A DNA stretch of 64,000 nt from an uncultured Rivularia sp. (GTDB lineage: Bacteria; Cyanobacteriota; Cyanobacteriia; Cyanobacteriales; Nostocaceae). Below the pieces are notes generated by a model, which had not been told where the DNA came from, did no database searches, and saw only the letters and a program-made list of their open reading frames with translations. The stretch lies in the NCBI GenBank assembly GCA_963665115.1, contig OY762007.1:5568001-5632000 (forward strand), read 5' to 3'. Positions 30,349 to 41,560 of the stretch are shown here, in pieces; position 1 is the first letter of the stretch, and each line of letters starts with the position of its first letter. The translations under genes were made by a program, and so were the position numbers.

Positions 30349-31785
30349 TCATCCTCCTCCGAAGACTTCCACATTTGTAAATAAACAAACGGGGGAGCCA
30401 TGTCCGACAGAAATTGCTTGGTTAGGTTCTCCTTTACCGCAGTAAGCAGTACCGTACATTTGCCAAGTGGATTTATTGCCTACTTCGGTCAAACTTTGCC
30501 AAAATTCTGGGGTAGTAGCTCGATAATTTGGGTTACGCAGAGTTTTTGTGAGCTTACCATCTTCAATCAATTTTGCGTACTCGCAACCAAATTGAAATTT
30601 ATATCGACGGTCATCTATTGACCAAGAACAGTTGGATTCCATGTAAACGCCGTGTTGTATACCAGCGATAATTTCTTCAAAACTGGCTTCACCAGGTTCC
30701 AAATTCAAGTTTGCCATGCGATCGATTGGCGGTCGATTCCAAGAGCAAGCGCGAGCGCAAGCAACACCATCAACGCCGCTTCTAGCTTGACTTTCCAGAC
30801 TTCCCAAACCTCGCTGCAATACACCTTCTTTAATTACATATTCTCGCGTTGCCACAGCACCAGTGTCATCAAAGCCATAGCTAGCAAATTCACCTTTGAC
30901 AGTGGGATCGAAAGTAATATTCATTTTCTCAGAGCCGTACCCCAAACTGCCAAAATCATCCGTCTTGACAAAACTACCGCCAGCATAGTTTCGTTCATCG
31001 CCCAAAATTCGGTCAATTTCCAAAGGATGTCCGACACTTTCATGAATTTGTAGCATCATTTGATCTGGTGCTAAAACCAAATTAGTGCGAGTGTTTGGGC
31101 ATTCTTGGGCAGTCAAAAGTTCTATAGCTTGCTCGCCAATTTGTCGCACGCGATGCCACAAACCCTCTTCCTTAAAATCCAAAACCCCTTGATAGCAATG
31201 TGCCGACCAACCATTATTAGTGCGTTGCTGGACAATTAAACCATCTTGTGCAGTAGCTCCGAAATGAGTGCTAAATAACAAGAATTTTTGATAAATTTCC
31301 GAACCATTACTGCTAACAAACCAAGTATTCTTATCAGTAGTCGTAGCGCTAGCTGTAGTCTGAACAATTTTGTCATCAACTTTTAACGTTTTACAGACGC
31401 GCACAAGCAAATCGTTAATTTCTCGCGAATTCAAACCATCCAGATTTTCCACCGACGGCGAAATAAATTCACCCACAACTTTCGGACGTTCGCTCCGAAT
31501 CTGAAATGGATGTATCCACCATTCGCTAGCAGCAACTGCCTGTTTATACGCAACTTCCGCAGCAGCCTGTAGAGAATCCAATTCCAGAGAATTAGTCGCT
31601 CCATAGCCAAGACAGCCATTAACCAGAACCTCTACCATTGCTCCCACAGTAGAAGACTTACCATTGCTTTGGGGTAAACCATCCCGGAAAAAACGATTTG
31701 ACGAAGTTTCTTCTACCGCCCTAATACCAATCCAGTCAGCAGAAACATCTATACTATCGATCGCTTTTTTTAGTTCAGACCACAT
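30349..31785 (-). CDS. tldD: TldD metalloprotease
   Basis: HESVGHPLEIDR (HExxxH), DRMANL, CGKGEPNQ. Confidence 0.92.
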   Translation of the reverse strand: MWSELKKAIDSIDVSADWIGIRAVEETSSNRFFRDGLPQSNGKSSTVGAMVEVLVNGCLGYGATNSLELDSLQAAAEVAYKQAVAASEWWIHPFQIRSERPKVVGEFISPSVENLDGLNSREINDLLVRVCKTLKVDDKIVQTTASATTTDKNTWFVSSNGSEIYQKFLLFSTHFGATAQDGLIVQQRTNNGWSAHCYQGVLDFKEEGLWHRVRQIGEQAIELLTAQECPNTRTNLVLAPDQMMLQIHESVGHPLEIDRILGDERNYAGGSFVKTDDFGSLGYGSEKMNITFDPTVKGEFASYGFDDTGAVATREYVIKEGVLQRGLGSLESQARSGVDGVACARACSWNRPPIDRMANLNLEPGEASFEEIIAGIQHGVYMESNCSWSIDDRRYKFQFGCEYAKLIEDGKLTKTLRNPNYRATTPEFWQSLTEVGNKSTWQMYGTAYCGKGEPNQAISVGHGSPVCLFTNVEVFGGG

Positions 31786-32022
31786 AAAACAAAAGTTAAG
31801 TGTAAGGAATAGGGGAGACTATATTATTTACTACAAAACGTCAATTTTTGCAGCTATGATTTATTAAGTTTTTTCTTTATTTAAAAAAAATGGGGATTGG
31901 GGATTGGGGATTGGGCATTGGGGATTGGGCATTGGGAGTAGAAATAACTTTTAACTCCTGCCTTCTAATTCTTAACCTTTAAGCTTTAACCTTTAACCTT
32001 TGACCTTTAACCTTAAGAACTC

Positions 32023-33105
32023 CTAACTATTGCCTGTTCCCCCCAACCCTATTCCCTCTTCTTTTAGCAATTTTGGACGAAGATACAGATTTTCCAAAAC
32101 TACTGTGATACCTGCTACCCAAGGGGGGACAATCACGGCTCCGATAATTCCTAAAACTTGGGTTCCTCCTAATACTGCTAATAGCTGATAAAAAGGGTGA
32201 ACTCTTACGGTGTTACCAACTAATAAAGGATCTAATACATAAGATTCAAGATTTTGAATAATTACAAACAATAGAAGTACCCATAGAACAGTCAATCCTC
32301 CTTGGGGGATGGCGACAATCAAAGCCGGAACCGCTCCCAATACTGGCCCCACAAACGGTATGACGTTGGTAAATGCTGCAATCGTGCCTAATGCCAAAGC
32401 AAACTCTGAAAGCCCTAAAACTCGTAAAGCAAGGGTAATAACAATACCTAAAATCAAAGAAACTAAAACTCTTCCTTGAACGTATCCCCCCATGCGGCGA
32501 GAAATTGGTAAGACTTGTGCTTCAAGACGTTGATCCCAAGGTTGTGGAAAAAAGCTTACCAAACCTCGAATTAAACTTTTACTTCCAGCAGCCATATAGC
32601 CAGAAATCACCACAGCCAAAATTAGATTGATCGCAGCACCAAGAATACCAAAAGTCACTCCGAAAGAACGTAAAACTAGCTTCTGACTCGAACGAAACAA
32701 CCCATTAGTAAGCGCTTGAAGATCGAAGAATTGTTCTATAGTTTCTAATTGAGTGATTCCTACTCGTGCAGCTAAATTTTCCACAGCTACACCCAAATTT
32801 TCCAAATAAATCGGAAATCTGCGGGCTAAACGTTGGATTTGTTCGGAAACAGAAGGGCCAATTAACAACCCGACTACAATAAGTACCGCAATCAAACCCA
32901 GATAAAACAGAATAACCCCCAACCAACGGGGAAAACGAAATCTTTCGAGCGCATCAACAAAAGGCGTAATAGTCGCAGCCAACACCGTAGCAATCATCAA
33001 AGTTAAAACTAAACTTCTTAATTGCCACAATAAAATTACTAGAAAAAATCCAGCAATTATTAGTAGAACATCGTACAGAGTGAAAGATTTACGTTTTTCT
33101 GACAT
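32023..33105 (-). CDS. AI-2E family transporter
   Basis: IPFVGPVLG, QNLESYVLDP, VHPF motifs. Start moved to MSEKRK at 33105 because the upstream codons are repeat-derived. Confidence 0.9.
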   Translation of the reverse strand: MSEKRKSFTLYDVLLIIAGFFLVILLWQLRSLVLTLMIATVLAATITPFVDALERFRFPRWLGVILFYLGLIAVLIVVGLLIGPSVSEQIQRLARRFPIYLENLGVAVENLAARVGITQLETIEQFFDLQALTNGLFRSSQKLVLRSFGVTFGILGAAINLILAVVISGYMAAGSKSLIRGLVSFFPQPWDQRLEAQVLPISRRMGGYVQGRVLVSLILGIVITLALRVLGLSEFALALGTIAAFTNVIPFVGPVLGAVPALIVAIPQGGLTVLWVLLLFVIIQNLESYVLDPLLVGNTVRVHPFYQLLAVLGGTQVLGIIGAVIVPPWVAGITVVLENLYLRPKLLKEEGIGLGGTGNS

Positions 33106-33246
33106 AGGGATGGGGGATGGGGAGATAGGGAAGAGGGGGAAGAGGGGGAAGAGGGGGGAGAGGGGGAGACAAGGGGACAAGGAGATCAAAATAATTTTAA
33201 CTTTGACCTTTGACCTTTGACCTTTAACCTTTAACCTTTGACCTTT

Positions 33247-34707
33247 CTAATTCCTGTGCCATTTTGTGCCTTCTTTACTGTCAATTAAGGCAATTCCTTG
33301 TGCTTGTAATTCGTCGCGAATGCGGTCGGATTCGGCGAAGTTTTTGGATTTTCTGGCTTCTTTTCTTTGTTGAATTAGTGCTTCAATTTCTCGAACGCTC
33401 AAACTGTCATTCGTTGCTGTTGCCGCTTCCAATTCTATTTGAGCTTCTAATCCGAGTACATCAGCTAATGTAACTAATGTTTGCCACATTTTTTGTAATT
33501 CTTCTGGTGCGGTTTCGGTTTTACCTTGATGCACTAAGATATTTCCTTCCTTACCAAGTTCTTTCGCCAATTCAAACAATACGCTTAAACCGCTAGAAAA
33601 ATTAAAGTCATTATTTACAGCTTCTCGAAAACGTTGAGTGTAAGAATTTTCTCCTTGTCCGCTTGTCTCCTTGTCCCAACCAAGTTTCTCTCCATATTTG
33701 TGACCAAAAACCAACCCTTCTTTAAGAGTATTCCAGCCATTTGTGGCTGCTTGGATGGCTTCGTCGGTAAAGTCAATTGGTTTGCGGTATTGGGCTGTAA
33801 GTACAAATAACCTTACAGCCATAGGTTCAACACCTTTATCAAGTAGTTGGCGAATGGTGATGAAGTTACCTAATGATTTAGACATTTTCTCACCTTCAAC
33901 TTTCACCATGCCGTTGTGCAGCCAGTAATTAGCTAAAGGTTTACCTGTGACGGCTTCGGATTGAGCGATTTCGTTTTCGTGATGGGGGAAAATTAAATCG
34001 GCTCCACCTGCGTGAATATCAATGGTTTCTCCCAAACGCTCTCTAACCATTGCAGAGCATTCAATATGCCACCCCGGACGACCTTTTCCCCAAGGTGAAT
34101 CCCAAGCGGGTTCTTCTGGCTTTGCTGCTTTCCACAATGCAAAATCAAACTGATATCTTTTCTTTTGATATTCTGAATCTTCTACATTTACTCTTTCGCT
34201 AGCTCCAGCCTGCATATCCTCTAATTTACGTCCGGAAAGCTTGCCGTATTGATCAAATTTCTGTACGGCATAATAAACATCACCTTGCGACGGATAAGCA
34301 TATTCTTTGTTTTCCAACTCGTGAATTAACCGCTTAATTCCATCCATAGTTTGAGTAGCGCGGGGATATTCGTCGGCTTCTTTGACGTTCAAACGCGCCA
34401 TGTCGTCAAAATAGGCTTTGATATATTTCTCGGCTACAGCTTCCATCGATGAGCCTTCTTCCCTGGCTCGCTTCAAAATTTTATCGTCAACATCGGTAAA
34501 ATTCTGCACGTAACGGACTTGATAACCGCTAAATTGTAAATAGCGCCGTACCACGTCCCATACAATGCAAGCTCTAGCATGACCCAAATGGCAGTAATCA
34601 TAAACCGTCACTCCGCAGTAATACATCTTAACTTTTGTTGGTTCTACTGTTTTGAAGGGTTCTTGGCGACGGGTAAGACTGTTGTAAACTGTTAGGGTCA
34701 TGACCAA
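33247..34707 (-). CDS. cysS: Cysteine--tRNA ligase
   Basis: CGVTVYDYCHLGHAR, GRPGWHIECS, KMSKS. Confidence 0.98.
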   Translation of the reverse strand: MVMTLTVYNSLTRRQEPFKTVEPTKVKMYYCGVTVYDYCHLGHARACIVWDVVRRYLQFSGYQVRYVQNFTDVDDKILKRAREEGSSMEAVAEKYIKAYFDDMARLNVKEADEYPRATQTMDGIKRLIHELENKEYAYPSQGDVYYAVQKFDQYGKLSGRKLEDMQAGASERVNVEDSEYQKKRYQFDFALWKAAKPEEPAWDSPWGKGRPGWHIECSAMVRERLGETIDIHAGGADLIFPHHENEIAQSEAVTGKPLANYWLHNGMVKVEGEKMSKSLGNFITIRQLLDKGVEPMAVRLFVLTAQYRKPIDFTDEAIQAATNGWNTLKEGLVFGHKYGEKLGWDKETSGQGENSYTQRFREAVNNDFNFSSGLSVLFELAKELGKEGNILVHQGKTETAPEELQKMWQTLVTLADVLGLEAQIELEAATATNDSLSVREIEALIQQRKEARKSKNFAESDRIRDELQAQGIALIDSKEGTKWHRN

Positions 34708-34823
34708 TTAATTTTTAAATAAGCTGCTACGCAATAATAAGGTAAAGCAGTTTTGCGTTACTACCTACGCTACATTATTATTTTTAATTCTTTTCCAATT
34801 TTAGTTAATTTACTGTTCTCGCC

Positions 34824-35957
34824 ATGCAATCAACAGCAACTTCAGATCGAGCAATGGAAGAAACGAAAAAAGGATTGCCAGTCACAATTATTACTGGATT
34901 CCTCGGTAGCGGTAAGACAACTTTACTTAATCATATCTTGACCAATCAGCAGGGTTTGAAAACTGCTGTGTTAGTAAATGAATTTGGCGAAATTGGTATT
35001 GATAACGAGTTGGTAGTCTCCACCGACGATAACATGGTGGAGTTAAACAACGGCTGTATCTGCTGCACCATCAATAGCGATTTGGTGGATGCGGTTTACA
35101 AGGTAATGGAACGCCAAGACAATATCGATTATCTGGTTGTGGAAACTACTGGTTTGGCAGATCCCTTACCCGTGGCATTAACCTTTTTGGGAACCGAATT
35201 AAGAGATTTAACTCGTTTGGATTCCATCGTGACTATGGTAGACGCAGCAAATTACAGCATGGATTTATTCAACTCCGAAGCTGCTTTTAGTCAAATCGCT
35301 TACGGTGATGTAATTGTTCTCAACAAAACCGATTTAGTTGATGAAGCCGATTTAGATTCTTTAGAAGTTAAAATTCGGGACATCAAGGAAGGAGCAAGAA
35401 TTCTCCGCACCACAAAATCGCAAGTACCTTTACCTTTAGTTCTTAGCGTCGGTTTGTTCGAGTCAGATAAGTATTTTGACGCTGCCGAAGAACACAACCA
35501 CGACCATCACGACCATAATCATGACCACCACGAACACGACCACCACGAACACAAACACGACCAACACGACCATTCAGAATGCGGTCACGAACATCACGAC
35601 CACCATCACGACCACGACCATCATTCACACCACTTAGAAAATGACGGTTTTACATCGGTGTCATTTGTATCAGAGGAACCGCTATCTATCCGTAAATTTC
35701 AGTATTTTCTAGATAATCAGCTTCCCGACAACATTTTCCGTGGGAAGGGGATATTGTGGTTTGACGAAAGTCCTAAAAGACATATTTTCCACCTTTGCGG
35801 TAAACGCTTTACCCTTGATGATGACGAGTGGAAAGGCGAAAAGAAAAATCAATTAGTGTTGATTGGTCAAAACTTGGACGAAGAAGGTTTATTAAAGCAG
35901 ATAGAAAACTGCGTATGTATACCTTCTGCTAATAAAGGTAAAGGTTTTGGGAAATGA
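34824..35957 (+). CDS. COG0523/CobW-family metallochaperone GTPase with long His-rich linker
   Basis: GFLGSGKTT, GCICC, ETTGLADP, NKTD; His-rich segment ~35490-35636. Confidence 0.93.
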   Translation: MQSTATSDRAMEETKKGLPVTIITGFLGSGKTTLLNHILTNQQGLKTAVLVNEFGEIGIDNELVVSTDDNMVELNNGCICCTINSDLVDAVYKVMERQDNIDYLVVETTGLADPLPVALTFLGTELRDLTRLDSIVTMVDAANYSMDLFNSEAAFSQIAYGDVIVLNKTDLVDEADLDSLEVKIRDIKEGARILRTTKSQVPLPLVLSVGLFESDKYFDAAEEHNHDHHDHNHDHHEHDHHEHKHDQHDHSECGHEHHDHHHDHDHHSHHLENDGFTSVSFVSEEPLSIRKFQYFLDNQLPDNIFRGKGILWFDESPKRHIFHLCGKRFTLDDDEWKGEKKNQLVLIGQNLDEEGLLKQIENCVCIPSANKGKGFGK

Positions 35958-36207
35958 TCGAGGATAAATAAAATAAAGGTTTGTAGTGAGGACTTCAGTC
36001 CTTAAATAAAAACTAAATCCCTTACTACTGATATCTTGCACCATTCTCAACGAGCCTTCAGAAACCCGGTTTCTTTTTGTGAAAACATGAACATTCCGTT
36101 GTGCAATCAACAAGAAACCGGGTTTATGACACTGATAGAAGTGAGTTGCTACGGACTTTTATTGCTGATAACTGATAATTGATAATTGATAATTGATAAT
36201 TGAATTC

Positions 36208-36660
36208 ATGCGCGTAATCATCCAGCGAGTTACATCATCTCAAGTTGCCGTTGATGGTGAAATTATCGGCAAAATAGGCATGGGACTTAATTTACTGGTA
36301 GCAATCGCCAATACCGATACTGAAGCAGAATTAGATTGGATGGCGCGTAAATGTTTGGATTTACGGTTGTTTCCAGATTTAGCTGAAAATAAACCTTGGC
36401 AAAAATCGATATTAGAAATCGGTGGCGAGTTATTAGTTGTTAGCCAGTTTACCCTTTATGGAGACTGCCGCAAAGGTCGTCGTCCTTCCATGAGTCGTTC
36501 GGCATCTCCAGAAATTGCCGAAAATCTATACAATTGTTTCGCAGAAAAGTTGCGTAGTAGCGGTTTACGGGTTGAGATGGGTAAATTTGGCGCTATGATG
36601 CAAGTCTCAATTGAAAACGACGGTCCCGTAACTTTAATACTCGAACGCGAAGCAGACTAA
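36208..36660 (+). CDS. dtd: D-aminoacyl-tRNA deacylase
   Basis: [19 protein letters not shown]; start moved to ATG 36208. Confidence 0.97.
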   Translation: MRVIIQRVTSSQVAVDGEIIGKIGMGLNLLVAIANTDTEAELDWMARKCLDLRLFPDLAENKPWQKSILEIGGELLVVSQFTLYGDCRKGRRPSMSRSASPEIAENLYNCFAEKLRSSGLRVEMGKFGAMMQVSIENDGPVTLILEREAD

Positions 36661-36857
36661 GGATTTATACGTAAATCTAACTATTCTAAAAGTAATAGTT
36701 GATAGATCCTTTATTGTTAATTAACAATATTCAAAACTTCCTATATCCTTTCTGAACTTATAATCACAAGCTTTTTTTAAACTTAATATTACAATTTGGT
36801 TCTAAATGATGAGACAATCATAGTTTAACCATCATCGAATTTTAAATTACACGTATT

Positions 36858-37193
36858 ATGGCAAAAATACAGTTTTCAAGAGGTGTCAACGAACAAGTAA
36901 TTCCAGAAGTACGCTTAACACGTTCGCGTAGTGGAGACAGCGGTACCGCGACGTTTATCTTTAACAATCCGAAAGCTTTGGATGAAGGAAGCACCGATGA
37001 AATTACTGGAATGTACATGGTTGACGAAGAAGGAGAAATCGTTACTCGCGAAGTTAAAGGTAAATTTATTAACGGCAAAGCAGAAGCTTTAGAAGCAATT
37101 TATTTAATGAAATCTGCCGAGGAATGGGAGCGTTTTATGCGCTTTATGGAACGCTACGCCTCGGAGAACGAATTAGGATTAGACAAGAGTTAA
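36858..37193 (+). CDS. psb28: Photosystem II assembly protein Psb28
   Basis: [29 protein letters not shown]. Confidence 0.97.
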   Translation: MAKIQFSRGVNEQVIPEVRLTRSRSGDSGTATFIFNNPKALDEGSTDEITGMYMVDEEGEIVTREVKGKFINGKAEALEAIYLMKSAEEWERFMRFMERYASENELGLDKS

Positions 37194-37202
37194 AAGAGTT
37201 AA

Positions 37203-37400
37203 GAGTAGGGAGTAGGGAGTAGAAAGTAGGGAGTAGGGAGTAGGGAGTAGGGAGTAGAGAGTAGGGAGTAGCAAGTAGGGAGTAGGGAGTAAATCACTTT
37301 TTTTGTTGTCATAAATGTCGCTGCTAATTACGTCTATTTTTACTCATTACTCATTACTCACTACTCACTACTCACTACTCACTACTTTAATAATGTCTCC
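37203..37400 (+). repeat. Composite dispersed repeat, copy 2
   Basis: (GGAGTAG)n, AAATCACTTTT..GTCATAAATGT..GTCTATTTTTACTC, (CACTACT)n, TTTAATAATGTC. Confidence 0.85.
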
Positions 37401-37490
37401 CAATTCCCAATTCCTAAAATCATTAAAAAACAACCCTCACATACAGTAAGGATTGTTTAAATATCATTTATTTGATTGTTTGAAAGAAAC

Positions 37491-38594
37491 CTACATCTGA
37501 GTAATTGCGAAAGCCACAGAAGCTAGTATTGCAGCGATAATGTAAAATACACTAACTACTAGTAGTTCTGACCAGCCAGAAAGTTCTAAATGATGGTGTA
37601 AAGGTGCCATTTTGAACAAGCGCTTACCTTTACCATCGGGACCTTTTGTAGCTTTGTAGTAACTTACCTGTGCCATTACTGAAAGCGTTTCTACAAAGAA
37701 GATACCGCTAATTAGAAACAGCGCGACTAAAGTATTAGATAACAGTCCAACTGCTGCTAAACCTCCTCCCAACGCTAGGGAACCTGTATCTCCCATGAAA
37801 ACGCGAGCAGGATTGCGGTTGTGCGCTAGAAATCCCAGACAAGCACCGCTGAAAGATGCACAGAAAATCATCAATCCGGGTGAAGTAGGAGCAACAATAA
37901 CAGCTAATGCTAATAGTGCGATCGCCGCAGTACCAGCAGCTAATCCATCAACACCGTCAGTCAAGTTAGTGGCATTACTTTCTGCCACCATTACAAAACA
38001 AGATAAAGGTAAAAATAGTAACCACCCTAAAGGCAAAGAAAAGCCCAAGGGAAAAGAAATACTCGTAATAGTAGAAGGCTGACTAATAAATAACCATCCG
38101 CAAAAAGCGACTGCGAAACCAACTTGTAAAGCAAGCTTCATTTTAGGTGAAATACCCTTATTTGACTTGCGGCGAAGAATCTGCCAATCGTCAATCCAGC
38201 CGACAAAACCGTAGCTTAATGTCAAAGCGGATACGGCAATAGTCTCAATCGTAAAATTAGATAAAACACAAGCAACTAATATTGCTACGGGAACAAAGAA
38301 TATGCCTCCCATCGTTGGGGTACCGGCTTTCTTTAAATGAGCTTGGGGGCCATCCTCGCGGATAATTTGCCCAGCCTTAAGCGCTTGCAGCCAAGGAACA
38401 GCCCAAAAGCCTAATCCGGCAGCAATCAAAGCCGATACTAAAAATGGTAGGGTTAAAGAAGTTCCTTGCCAGGGGGAGCGAGAAGCTGCTCCATCTAAAA
38501 CTAGTGCTGTTGCACCCAGCCCTATGCCTAACAAAGAAACCAAACGGATACCATTGAGGTTCAAACCTTGGTTTGGAGATAGTTTTGCGTCCAC
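37491..38594 (-). CDS. mraY: Phospho-N-acetylmuramoyl-pentapeptide transferase
   Basis: KAGTPTMGG, NLTDGVDGL, FMGDTGSL, MAPLHHH. Confidence 0.97.
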   Translation of the reverse strand: MDAKLSPNQGLNLNGIRLVSLLGIGLGATALVLDGAASRSPWQGTSLTLPFLVSALIAAGLGFWAVPWLQALKAGQIIREDGPQAHLKKAGTPTMGGIFFVPVAILVACVLSNFTIETIAVSALTLSYGFVGWIDDWQILRRKSNKGISPKMKLALQVGFAVAFCGWLFISQPSTITSISFPLGFSLPLGWLLFLPLSCFVMVAESNATNLTDGVDGLAAGTAAIALLALAVIVAPTSPGLMIFCASFSGACLGFLAHNRNPARVFMGDTGSLALGGGLAAVGLLSNTLVALFLISGIFFVETLSVMAQVSYYKATKGPDGKGKRLFKMAPLHHHLELSGWSELLVVSVFYIIAAILASVAFAITQM

Positions 38595-38671
38595 GGAAAT
38601 TTCCCTTCACTCCACACTATTAAAAAATCACACTCAGCACACTTCACGCGCAGTCTTCTGTCCTTAACAAG

Positions 38672-38926
38672 CTATTCCGGACTAGGACTTGCATCGTCGT
38701 CATCATCATCATCATCGTCATCGTCTTCATCAAATTCATAATCCCCTTCAATACCCATCAAGGAATTTATGTCTTGTCGTTTCTCTTCCGGTTGTGGTTC
38801 AACTGGATCGCGAGATATTAAGCGTCCGTTTTCCTGCAACCAGTCTAATAAGGAAGATTCTTGTTTTAATGGAATTACAGAGGCTCTCCGGCTACGGGGA
38901 ACTTCATATAAAGGAGAATTTATCAT
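38672..38926 (-). CDS. DUF3134-like protein with acidic tail
   Basis: NSPLYEVPR..ASVIPLKQESSLLDWLQENGRLISR; poly-Asp tail. Confidence 0.8.
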   Translation of the reverse strand: MINSPLYEVPRSRRASVIPLKQESSLLDWLQENGRLISRDPVEPQPEEKRQDINSLMGIEGDYEFDEDDDDDDDDDDDASPSPE

Positions 38927-39160
38927 AAATGCTTCGGATACGAAGAGTAAGGAACTGACTTGACATTAAGAGTCTATCACTTGATACAGAATATTTTAGT
39001 TATTCATTCAACTCTTTTGATTATAAATCCGACAAAAAACTCCTTCTTTAATATTGCTGCATAGTCATAACTACAGATTTCTTTGAATTTGTAGGATGCT
39101 ATACACATTCACTCTAATATCTCGTTTTAATTATCAATCCGAATTGAGGTCATAGCACGG

Positions 39161-39742
39161 ATGAGAAAAACTACTTTATTAGAAGTAATCGCGGGAAAAA
39201 ATCTAGGTAGTAACGCTACCGACGCTGATAAACAAAATATCTTATCGGCGATCGCCAATTTAGAAGATTTCAACCCAACACCGCGCCCGCTAGAAGCCAC
39301 CGATTTGTTAGATGGCAACTGGCGATTACTATATACAACCAGTTCCGAACTATTAAATCTTAACCGCATACCGCTAACAAATCTAACTAAAATTTATCAG
39401 TGTATTCGCGTAAAAGACAGATCGGTATATAACATTGCCGAGATTAGTGGTTTACCATTTCTTGAAGGTTTAGTTAGTGTCGCGGCAAAATTTGAACCAG
39501 TTTCCTCAAAGCGAGTTCAAGTTAAATTTGAACGTTCAATTATCGGTTTGCAACGTTTAATCGATTACAAATATCCAGGAAACTTTATTGAAGAAATTGA
39601 ATCAGGTAAGAAATTTCTTGCAATTGATTTTCCGATTAAAAGCAACGAACAACAAGGATGGTTGGACATTACTTACTTAGATAACGACTTACGTATTGGT
39701 AGAGGAAACCAGGGAAGTGTCTTTGTATTAACTAAGTCATAA
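39161..39742 (+). CDS. PAP/fibrillin family protein
   Basis: LEDFNPTPRP, GNWRLLYTT, GWLDITYLDNDLRIGRGNQGSVFVL. Confidence 0.93.
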   Translation: MRKTTLLEVIAGKNLGSNATDADKQNILSAIANLEDFNPTPRPLEATDLLDGNWRLLYTTSSELLNLNRIPLTNLTKIYQCIRVKDRSVYNIAEISGLPFLEGLVSVAAKFEPVSSKRVQVKFERSIIGLQRLIDYKYPGNFIEEIESGKKFLAIDFPIKSNEQQGWLDITYLDNDLRIGRGNQGSVFVLTKS

Positions 39743-40233
39743 AATATTTTCTAATAACTGTTTGCGAACAAGAACGTATTTCATAAACAATACTTTGTCA
39801 AGGGGGTGAGGCACCGTATTTTGGGAATTGGGCACCGGGGATGGGTAATAGGGAATGGGATTTTGGATTTGAAAAGTTAGGAGTTATGAGTGAGTAGCAA
39901 GTGAAGAGTAGCGAGTAGCGAGTAAAAAAATAGGTTTCGGGTGAGATGCTTCCGATTATTTCAGTAAGAATTATCGCACTGCGCCTATGGCAGACCTTTT
40001 ATTTGCTACTTATACTTGCTACTTGCTACTCGCTACTTACCACTTACTACTCGCTACTTGCTACTTACTACTTGCTCCTCGCTACTCGCTCCTTTTCACC
40101 CCATCCCCATTCCCAATTCCGCATCATCTAGACAAATAACTTAACAAACCCTATATGGTAGTCCTTCAAGTTGTAAAGTGAAATCAATCAGCCCTGCATA
40201 AAAGGCAATAAATAATTAAAGAGGCAAAAACTT

Positions 40234-40608
40234 ATGGTTCAACGTGGTTCTAAAGTGCGCGTTCTTCGCCCCGAATCTTATTGGTATCAGGATGTAGGTA
40301 CCGTAGCTACTGTTGATAAAACCGGCATTATATATCCGGTAATTGTCCGCTTTGATAAAGTTAACTACTCTGGTATCAATACTAATAACTTTGCAGAAGA
40401 TGAAGTTATTGAAATTGAAGCACCCAAAGCTAAGGGTAAAAAATCCACGCCTACAGCTTCCGGTGGCAAACAAACTCCCGTAGATCCAAAACAACGTGCA
40501 ACCGGACAAGGTACTAAACCTACTGGTAAAACAGGCGCTCAAGCCGAGTCTGCTGAAGCTAACGTTCAGAAAGAAGGTACTCCAGATCAAGGAACCGAAT
40601 CTCGTTAA
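40234..40608 (+). CDS. psaE: Photosystem I subunit IV with C-terminal extension
   Basis: [43 protein letters not shown]. Confidence 0.95.
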   Translation: MVQRGSKVRVLRPESYWYQDVGTVATVDKTGIIYPVIVRFDKVNYSGINTNNFAEDEVIEIEAPKAKGKKSTPTASGGKQTPVDPKQRATGQGTKPTGKTGAQAESAEANVQKEGTPDQGTESR

Positions 40609-40611
40609 GTT

Positions 40612-41541
40612 GTGCCAGAATTACCAGAAGTTGAAACAGTTAGAAGGGGTTTAAATCAATTAACCCGCTTGAGAAAAATCACGGGAGGAGATGTATTGCT
40701 TAACCGCACCATCGCCTACCCGTTTTCTGCTGAAGATTTTTTAAATGGTCTTAAAGAAAGAGAAATAATCTCTTGGCATCGTCGCGGTAAGTATCTGATC
40801 GCAGAACTGAGTTTATTAGAAGAGGACAAGGAGACAAGGAGACAAGGAGATCAAGCACAAAAGAATTCTACCCCCTCTACCCCCTCTACCCCCTCTCCCC
40901 CTCTCCCCATCCCTTCCGCCCTCGGCGTTCATCTGCGAATGACTGGCCAACTACTGTGGTTGCCTCAAAATGAACCTTTGCACAAACATACGCGGGTAAG
41001 ATTGTTCTTTGGTGAGGAATGGGAATTGCGCTTCGTGGATCAGCGTACTTTTGGTCAGATGTGGTGGGTTCCTCCCAAGGTTGAAACACAAAGTATTATT
41101 ACTGGTTTAGCAAAGCTTGCAGCAGATCCTTTTTCAACAGAATTTACTGTAGAGTATCTTGCTGATAAACTCAAAAATCGTCGCCGCGCCATCAAGACTG
41201 CGCTACTAGATCAATCTGTGGTGGCGGGGATAGGTAATATTTATGCTGATGAAGCGTTGTTTCTCAGTGGGATACAGCCAGAAACTTTATGTCTAAATTT
41301 GCGAGTAGAACAGATAGAGAGTCTGCACTCTAGCATTATTAAAGTCTTAAAAACTAGCATTGAAGCTGGAGGCACCACTTTCAGTAATTTCCTCAACGTG
41401 CAGGGAGTTAATGGAAACTACGCCCATGTGGCATGGGTTTATAACCGCACCGGGGAACCTTGTCGAAATTGCAGTCATCCAATTGAGCGAATTAAATTAG
41501 CTGGAAGATCCAGTCATTTTTGCCCCCAGTGTCAGGAGTGA
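40612..41541 (+). CDS. mutM: Formamidopyrimidine-DNA glycosylase with repeat-derived insertion
   Basis: PELPEVE, RRGKY, HLRMTG, GIGNIYADE and a C-terminal Zn finger. Confidence 0.97.
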   Translation: MPELPEVETVRRGLNQLTRLRKITGGDVLLNRTIAYPFSAEDFLNGLKEREIISWHRRGKYLIAELSLLEEDKETRRQGDQAQKNSTPSTPSTPSPPLPIPSALGVHLRMTGQLLWLPQNEPLHKHTRVRLFFGEEWELRFVDQRTFGQMWWVPPKVETQSIITGLAKLAADPFSTEFTVEYLADKLKNRRRAIKTALLDQSVVAGIGNIYADEALFLSGIQPETLCLNLRVEQIESLHSSIIKVLKTSIEAGGTTFSNFLNVQGVNGNYAHVAWVYNRTGEPCRNCSHPIERIKLAGRSSHFCPQCQE

Positions 41542-41560
41542 TGGGGAGACGGGGAGACAA

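Noticed and set aside
28792..31785. TldD/E pair as part of a RiPP cluster
   Set aside because: No YcaO or precursor nearby; flanked by housekeeping genes.
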